Source: an uncultured Desulfarculus sp. (GTDB lineage: Bacteria > Desulfobacterota > Desulfarculia > Desulfarculales > Desulfarculaceae). Taken from it: a stretch of DNA of 64,000 bases. Below are positions 58,557-64,000 of the stretch, piece by piece. The first letter of the stretch is position 1. Each line of letters begins with the position of its first letter. The translations under genes were made by a program, and so were the position numbers. The notes below the pieces were generated by a model. The model saw nothing but the letters and a program-made list of their open reading frames with translations, ran no database searches and was not told the DNA's origin. The DNA lies in the NCBI GenBank assembly GCA_963665125.2, contig CAXXUK010000001.1:1728001-1792000 (forward strand). Direction: 5' to 3'.

Positions 58557-59639
58557 TTGCGCATCAAGCATTTCACAGCACCCAATATGACCCAGGCAAT
58601 GCGCCAGGTCCGGGAGGAACTGGGGCCTGACGCGGTTATTTTGTCCACGGGCAAGTCCGGCGGCATGGTCGAAATCGCCGCTGCGGTGGATGCCGACGCC
58701 CCGCCCCGCCCCAAGGCCGAATCAAAGCCGAGCCCCCAGGCCGAACCCCGCGTGGAGTTCAGCCAGGGCGATTTACAGGCCCTGGCCCAGCAAGTGGCCA
58801 ATCTCAGCAACCAGCTCTCGATCCATATGCTCCATAACGAGGCCGCGGGCAATTTCTCGGCCCGGCCCGAGGTGGCGCCTCTATTTGCCCACCTGAGCCA
58901 ACAGGAAGTGGCGCCGGAAATCATCGAATCGCTTTTACAGGACATGTCTTCGCCCCAAGGCCACGGCCTGTTGCCGCGCCTGGCCATCAGAATAAAAAAG
59001 ATGCTTCAGGTATCGACCGGGCCGGAACCGCAGGCGGGAGGATCGGCAATATGGGCCCTGGTTGGGCCCACCGGCGTGGGCAAGACCACCACCGTGGCCA
59101 AGCTGGCGGCCAATTACGGGCTCAAACAGGGTCTCAAGGTGGGCCTGATCACCCTGGACACCTTTCGCATCGCCGCGGCCGAGCAACTCAAGGTCTACGG
59201 CCAAATCATGCAATTGCCCATCATCGTGGCCGGTAATTCCCGGGAATACCAACGCGCCCTTGATGAATTGTCCGGATGCGAGTTGGTCGTAGTTGACACG
59301 GTGGGCCGAGCGCCGGGCGATGAAGGCAACCTGCTGGAATTGCGCTCCATCTTGGCCGCCGGGCCCCAAACCCAGAACCACCTGGTGTTGGCCTGTCCCA
59401 CAAGGGACGCCGACCAGGCCAGGGTGGCCCAGGCATTTGGCCAGTTCAATCCCAAGAGCCTCATTTTCACCAAGGTGGATGAGACCTCGATTTACGGGCC
59501 CATTCTCAACCAAGTGCGAAGAACCGGCCTGCCGGTGAGTTTTTTGACAACGGGCCAAAAGGTGCCCGATGATTTTGAACATGCAACTCTGGACGGCCTG
59601 GCCCGGCTTCTCATGCCGCGCCCGTCCCCCAGGGAATGA
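58557..59639 (+). CDS. flhF: Flagellar SRP-family GTPase
   Basis: VREELGPDAVILST, GPTGVGKTTT, DTFRIAA.EQL, TKVDET, TTGQKVPDD. Confidence 0.94.
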   Translation: MRIKHFTAPNMTQAMRQVREELGPDAVILSTGKSGGMVEIAAAVDADAPPRPKAESKPSPQAEPRVEFSQGDLQALAQQVANLSNQLSIHMLHNEAAGNFSARPEVAPLFAHLSQQEVAPEIIESLLQDMSSPQGHGLLPRLAIRIKKMLQVSTGPEPQAGGSAIWALVGPTGVGKTTTVAKLAANYGLKQGLKVGLITLDTFRIAAAEQLKVYGQIMQLPIIVAGNSREYQRALDELSGCELVVVDTVGRAPGDEGNLLELRSILAAGPQTQNHLVLACPTRDADQARVAQAFGQFNPKSLIFTKVDETSIYGPILNQVRRTGLPVSFLTTGQKVPDDFEHATLDGLARLLMPRPSPRE

Positions 59640-59653
59640 TATTCGGGGAAATT

Positions 59654-60520
59654 ATGGACCAAGCCCAAACATTGAGACGCATGGCCCAAAAGCAGCAGTC
59701 CCAGGCAGGCGGCCGGCCCCTGCGCACCTTGGCCGTCACAAGCGGCAAAGGCGGCGTGGGCAAAACCAACATTACGGTCAACCTGGCCCTGTGCCTGTGC
59801 AAAATGGGCCATAAGGTGCTGATAATAGACGCGGACCTGGGCCTGGCCAACGTCGATGTCGTGCTGGGGCTCAACCCGCAATACACCATCAAGGACGTGA
59901 TCAATGGCGAAAAATCCATTGAAGAGGTCCTGGTGCAAGGGCCCGGCGGCATGCAAATCCTGCCCGCCACCAGCGGCGTGGCCGAGATGAGCAACCTGAC
60001 CCGCGATGAAAAAATGATGCTGTTGCAGGTATTCGACACCTTTGAGTTGGACGCCGATTTCGTGTTCATCGACACGGCCGCCGGCATCAGCGACACGGTG
60101 TTGTATTTCAACACCGCCGCCCAGCAGCGCATCGTCATTGCCACGGGTGAGCCCACCAGCCTAACCGACGCCTATGCCCTGATCAAGGTCCTGCATCTGA
60201 ATCACCAGCAAAACGACTTCAGCCTGCTGGTAAACAACGTGGCCGACGCCACCGAGGCCAAACAGGTCTACCGCAAGTTGGCCGCGGCCGCGGATCATTT
60301 TCTCGGCGGCGAGGTGTCCATTGATTATCTGGGCTTTTTACCCACCGACAAAAGCGTTCATAATGCCGTGATGCAGCAAAAACCGGTGGTGGAGGCATTT
60401 CCGGGCTCGGAGATAGCCAAGGCCTTTGTTAAGATGGCCAAAACAATCGAGGCGACACCGGCCGCCGGCAGTGACGGAAATATCAAGTTCTTCTGGCGCA
60501 GATTGGTGGCCTTGGCGTAA
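59654..60520 (+). CDS. flhG: MinD-like flagellar number regulator FlhG/FleN (alternative start 59636)
   Basis: MDQA.TLR, TSGKGGVGKT, DADLGLAN, EPTSLTDAYALIK. Confidence 0.94.
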   Translation: MDQAQTLRRMAQKQQSQAGGRPLRTLAVTSGKGGVGKTNITVNLALCLCKMGHKVLIIDADLGLANVDVVLGLNPQYTIKDVINGEKSIEEVLVQGPGGMQILPATSGVAEMSNLTRDEKMMLLQVFDTFELDADFVFIDTAAGISDTVLYFNTAAQQRIVIATGEPTSLTDAYALIKVLHLNHQQNDFSLLVNNVADATEAKQVYRKLAAAADHFLGGEVSIDYLGFLPTDKSVHNAVMQQKPVVEAFPGSEIAKAFVKMAKTIEATPAAGSDGNIKFFWRRLVALA

Positions 60521-60562
60521 ACTTTGAAAACAAAAGGCGATAACGGCGGATAAAGTTAATTT

Positions 60563-61336
60563 ATGGTGTACGGCAAGGCGGATTATTTCAAGAAAACCGG
60601 TAAGGCCGGTTTTTCTCCAAAGGAGCGCGAAGAACTCATCCTCGAATACGCTCCCATGATCCGCTTTGTTGCCGGACGCATCGCCATGCGCCTGCCGTCC
60701 CACGTGTCAATCGAGGACCTGATAAGCTCCGGCGTGTTGGGCCTCATTGATGCGGTTGACAAGTTCGACCCGGAAAAGAACGTTCAATTCAAGACTTACG
60801 CCGAATTCCGCATCAGGGGGGCCATCCTGGACGAACTGCGGGCCATGGACTGGGTGCCCCGCAGCGTGCGGAAAAAAAGCTCCGACCTGGAGGAAGTCAT
60901 CGGGCGGCTGCAAAATGCATTGGGCCGGCCGGCCGAAGACGAGGAGATCGCGGCGGAGTTGGGCATTTCACTGCCCGATTTACACCGGCTGTTGGACGAG
61001 GTCAGCGGGGTAAGCCTGCTGAGCCTGGACGACCCGGAAAATCCTCTGGGCAACCTGGACTCGGAACAGGTCATGGAGGCCCTGGGCCGGGAAGGTCTGG
61101 AAGACCCTCTGGCCCGCCTGGGCCTGCTGGAACTGCGAACAACGGTGGCCCAAACCATAGAAGGGTTGCCAGAGAAAGAGAAACTAGTGGTATCATTGTA
61201 TTATTACGATGAGTTAACCATGAGGGAAATCGGCGAGGTATTAGGCTACACAGAATCAAGGATAAGCCAGATGCACACCAAGGCCATCTTGCGCCTGCGG
61301 GCCAGGCTCAGGGGCTTGGGTGGTCCCGAATCATAG
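60563..61336 (+). CDS. fliA: RNA polymerase sigma-28 factor
   Basis: FKTYAEFRIRGAILDELR..DWVPRSVR, LYYYDELT..EIG.VLG.TESRISQ. Confidence 0.96.
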   Translation: MVYGKADYFKKTGKAGFSPKEREELILEYAPMIRFVAGRIAMRLPSHVSIEDLISSGVLGLIDAVDKFDPEKNVQFKTYAEFRIRGAILDELRAMDWVPRSVRKKSSDLEEVIGRLQNALGRPAEDEEIAAELGISLPDLHRLLDEVSGVSLLSLDDPENPLGNLDSEQVMEALGREGLEDPLARLGLLELRTTVAQTIEGLPEKEKLVVSLYYYDELTMREIGEVLGYTESRISQMHTKAILRLRARLRGLGGPES

Positions 61337-61351
61337 CCAGGAGAGTTTTGA

Positions 61352-61741
61352 ATGCCAAATTTCGACACCAAGATGAAAATTCTCGTGGTCGACGATTTTT
61401 CGACCATGCGGCGTATCGTTAAAAACATTTTGCGTCAGCTGGGTTTTGAAAACATCGTTGAGGCGGAAGACGGCCAGGCGGCGCAAGCCAAACTGGAGAC
61501 TGAGCGCATCGACTTTGTGGTCAGCGACTGGAACATGCCCAACATGAGCGGCCTTGATCTGCTCAAGTGGGTGCGCAGCCACGATGAATTCAAAGACCTT
61601 CCCTTCTTGATGGTCACCGCCGAGGCCCAGAAGGAAAACGTGCTCGAGGCGGTAAAAGCCAAGGTCAGCAACTACATTGTCAAGCCGTTCACGGCAGAGA
61701 CCTTGGGCGAAAAGATCGATAAGATCTTTGCCGACCGCTAA
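61352..61741 (+). CDS. cheY: Chemotaxis response regulator
   Basis: [32 protein letters not shown]. Confidence 0.95.
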   Translation: MPNFDTKMKILVVDDFSTMRRIVKNILRQLGFENIVEAEDGQAAQAKLETERIDFVVSDWNMPNMSGLDLLKWVRSHDEFKDLPFLMVTAEAQKENVLEAVKAKVSNYIVKPFTAETLGEKIDKIFADR

Positions 61742-61772
61742 GTTCGCACAGCCGGAAACGGCGAGGTAAAAG

Positions 61773-62564
61773 GTGGCTCAGGAAGAAAACCAGACCCCGC
61801 GGCCGGGCGGCACGTCTCCCAAGGCCTTGGAGGAGGGCTCGTTGATGAACGAGGCCTTTGACGAGTCCATTTTGGCCGAAATTGAACAGCGCCTTGAGAA
61901 CGGAGAAGATGAACAGCTAGATGATGTCATCGCCGTAGGTGACAAGGTCGAGTTGGATCGGGCCGACCTGCCTCTTGATGGTTTTCTGCCTGAGGGCACA
62001 GACGTTGAGCACGAAGAGGTCGAAGTCGACCTGGCCGACCAAGACCTGACATATCCGGACGGTGAGCAGGAGGAAGCCGAGGAAGAGAAGCCTCCCGGCA
62101 CCGCCAAGAGGATGATCCTGGCGGCCGCGGCGGTATTGATCATAGTGGCCATCGCCGGTGGCGTGGGCTTTTGGTATTCCCGCCAGGAGGGCGAAAAAAT
62201 AGAAAAGCCGGAAGAAATGCCGCCCTGGATGTTCGCCGGTCAAATACCTTTGCCCTCTGATCAACTTCGTCTGGAATTGGAGCCGTTCATTGTTCCTCTG
62301 TTGAACTCCAAGGAAGGCAACATCCTGCGCATGACGGTCACGGTGGAGGCGATGGATGCTGAAAGCAAAACCGAATTGACCGACCGCGTCGTCGACATGC
62401 GCGACGTCATTTACCGGGCCCTGCGGGACCGGCCGGCCACCGAGTTGAAACAAGCCGAGAAAAAACGGCTCCTGCAGGCCCAATTAAAGGCCGAGTTGAA
62501 CCACTCCTTTAAACAGTTGTGGGTTCACCGGGTTGATTTTACTCAGTTCCTGATTTCGGGGTGA
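61773..62564 (+). CDS. Second FliL-like protein with long acidic cytoplasmic N-terminus
   Basis: ~110 aa D/E-rich segment, one TM, then LEPFIVPL..MRDVIYR..VDFTQFLI. Confidence 0.7.
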   Translation: MAQEENQTPRPGGTSPKALEEGSLMNEAFDESILAEIEQRLENGEDEQLDDVIAVGDKVELDRADLPLDGFLPEGTDVEHEEVEVDLADQDLTYPDGEQEEAEEEKPPGTAKRMILAAAAVLIIVAIAGGVGFWYSRQEGEKIEKPEEMPPWMFAGQIPLPSDQLRLELEPFIVPLLNSKEGNILRMTVTVEAMDAESKTELTDRVVDMRDVIYRALRDRPATELKQAEKKRLLQAQLKAELNHSFKQLWVHRVDFTQFLISG

Positions 62565-62568
62565 TGCC

Positions 62569-62886
62569 ATGGGCACTTCGGTTCCCAATTTGCCGCAGAT
62601 AATCCAGCAGGCCGGCGATGTCAGCCGAATGCAGGACCAGGCGCAGAAGACCGGCGAAGTGCAGCAGCAATCCGCAGCGGCCGAGGCCGAAGAGCAGCGC
62701 CAGGAGCAAAACCGCCAGGTGCAGGCCAACCCGGAGTCAGACGCCCAAAACCGCGTCAAGGCCAGGGACCAACGCAAGGACCGCCAAAACAGGCGCGGAA
62801 AAAACAAGCAGCAAGATACCGAAGAACAAGCGCAGGAACCCAGCCAAACAAAGGGCGGGGGCGGCCTGGTTGACGTGGTGGTCTGA
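62569..62886 (+). CDS. Gln-rich hypothetical flagellar-cluster protein
   Basis: Tightly packed in operon; ends GGLVDVVV. Confidence 0.7.
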   Translation: MGTSVPNLPQIIQQAGDVSRMQDQAQKTGEVQQQSAAAEAEEQRQEQNRQVQANPESDAQNRVKARDQRKDRQNRRGKNKQQDTEEQAQEPSQTKGGGGLVDVVV

Positions 62887-63377
62887 TGAGCTGGTTGTGG
62901 TGGATTCAGATAGGGGCCGATATCCTGCTTATTGGGGCGGTGGTTCTGTTATTAGGCAAGCTCAACCGCCTGGGCGGGTTGCGCTCGGCCTCATCCACCG
63001 ACGACCTCGATGAGTTCATCGACGAAGCGGGCCAACTGGCCAAGGAGTTCGACCGCCTGCTGGCCGAGAAACGTCAACTGGTGGGCACCACACTCAAGAC
63101 CCTTGACCAAAGAATCGATCAGCTCAACACAATGCTGATCCAGGCTGAGAAGACCGGGGCCAAGCTGCAAAAGGCCCAGGCGGAGCCAAGGCAGTCAAAA
63201 CCGGCGCCGGCCAAGCCCGCCGGGCCCGTTGCCGGAGAATCGGGACCGGCGGTGTTCCGGCGCAAGGTCGAGGAACTCAGCCGCCTGGGCCGCACCCCGG
63301 CCCAGATAGCCGAGGCCACCGGACGCCCCAGGGGCGAGGTGGAGCTTGTGTTGGGCCTGGCCGCCACTGAACAATAG
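62886..63377 (+). CDS. Membrane-anchored coiled-coil protein with C-terminal HTH-like motif (DUF2802-like)
   Basis: N-terminal TM, coiled coil, G.TPAQIAEATGRPRGEVELVL; TGATG coupling. Confidence 0.7.
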   Translation: MSWLWWIQIGADILLIGAVVLLLGKLNRLGGLRSASSTDDLDEFIDEAGQLAKEFDRLLAEKRQLVGTTLKTLDQRIDQLNTMLIQAEKTGAKLQKAQAEPRQSKPAPAKPAGPVAGESGPAVFRRKVEELSRLGRTPAQIAEATGRPRGEVELVLGLAATEQ

Positions 63378-63386
63378 CACTATCTG

Positions 63387-64000
63387 ATGAAGACCTTTCT
63401 GCCCGGCATATTCGGGAAAACCGACACCACCCAGAAAAGCGCCAAGACAAACGCCCAGGATCTTTCTCCAGGCCGCGAGGTCAAGGCCACGGTGTTGGAG
63501 GTCTTGCCGGGCAACCGAGCCCTGGTCCGCCTGATGGGCCAAACCATCAACGCCGAGAGCGAAACGCCGCTCAAGCAGGGCCAGAGCCTTGACCTGGTGG
63601 TGGAGCAGACCACGCCGCGCCTGGTGCTTTCCCTGGGCGGCGGCCAGGTCAAACCGGCCGGCCTGTTCAACCAGGCCCTGGGCGAACTCTTGGCGGGCAA
63701 CCAGCGGATCGGCCAGCATTTGTCCAGCCTGCTCGACATTGATTTCAAATCCGATCCCCTGCCCGACCCCAAACTGCAACAGGCCGTGGTCAAGCTGCAA
63801 GAGGCCGTCAGCCAGGTCACCATTGACCAGGCCAAATCCCAGGAATCCCAAGCCATCAGGCAGGCCCTTTCCGATCTTCCGGCCAAGGGCGGCCTGAACC
63901 TTGAGGCCGTCTTGGCCAAGGGACATATCCCCCAGGACAATATCCGCACCCTGGTCAGTTTCATCTCCCAGCATCTGGACCAGCAGTTGATCAAGCTGGC
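63387..64000 (+). CDS. 5' part of a flagellar-cluster protein, possibly FliK-like; runs off the window
   Basis: Not in the ORF track. ATG 63387 opens MKTFLPGIFG...GREVKATVLEV..RALVRLMGQTINAES.TPLKQGQSLDLVV; no stop seen before 64000. Confidence 0.7.
   Translation, partial: MKTFLPGIFGKTDTTQKSAKTNAQDLSPGREVKATVLEVLPGNRALVRLMGQTINAESETPLKQGQSLDLVVEQTTPRLVLSLGGGQVKPAGLFNQALGELLAGNQRIGQHLSSLLDIDFKSDPLPDPKLQQAVVKLQEAVSQVTIDQAKSQESQAIRQALSDLPAKGGLNLEAVLAKGHIPQDNIRTLVSFISQHLDQQLIKL

Overview
GC-rich chromosomal window whose gene content and style fit an anaerobic Desulfobacterota (delta-proteobacterial) host; that assignment is inference. Contents from left to right: (1) an EF-hand lipoprotein, a YdcF/ElyC gene, mnmG, a CDP-alcohol transferase and a TPR gene; (2) a hisH-hisF-hexapeptide transferase-GTDC1/QTMAN-like glycosyltransferase-flavin split-barrel operon; (3) an RNase II-family gene; (4) a TlpA thioredoxin with two tandem unknown domains, coupled to a heterodimeric ABC exporter; (5) small metabolic genes; (6) a cobalamin riboswitch before a RACo/ASKHA corrinoid activator; (7) xth, a diguanylate cyclase, an AT-rich patch and rmlBDAC; (8) a compositionally mosaic repeat lipoprotein and a highly folded ~240 bp intergenic element; (9) a second cobalamin riboswitch with an attenuator before a six-gene TtpC-type TonB operon; (10) rsmE, prmA, larB, dtd, an output-less HAMP protein and a Na/Pi cotransporter; (11) ~21 kb of flagellar genes (fliK-flgD-flgE; motA-motB-motB-fliLMNOPQR-flhBAFG-fliA-cheY and followers) behind two sigma54 promoters. 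No tRNA, rRNA, CRISPR array, transposase or prophage was seen. Best leads: a stator operon in which one of two tandem MotB paralogues lacks the essential ion-binding Asp (possible heterodimeric, asymmetric stator); a bacterial homologue of the animal tRNA-queuosine mannosyltransferase; the TlpA/duplicated-domain/ABC module; calmodulin-like repeats in FliK; and an rmlD with no canonical start codon. All family calls are by motif recognition; no searches were run, so novelty is unverified.
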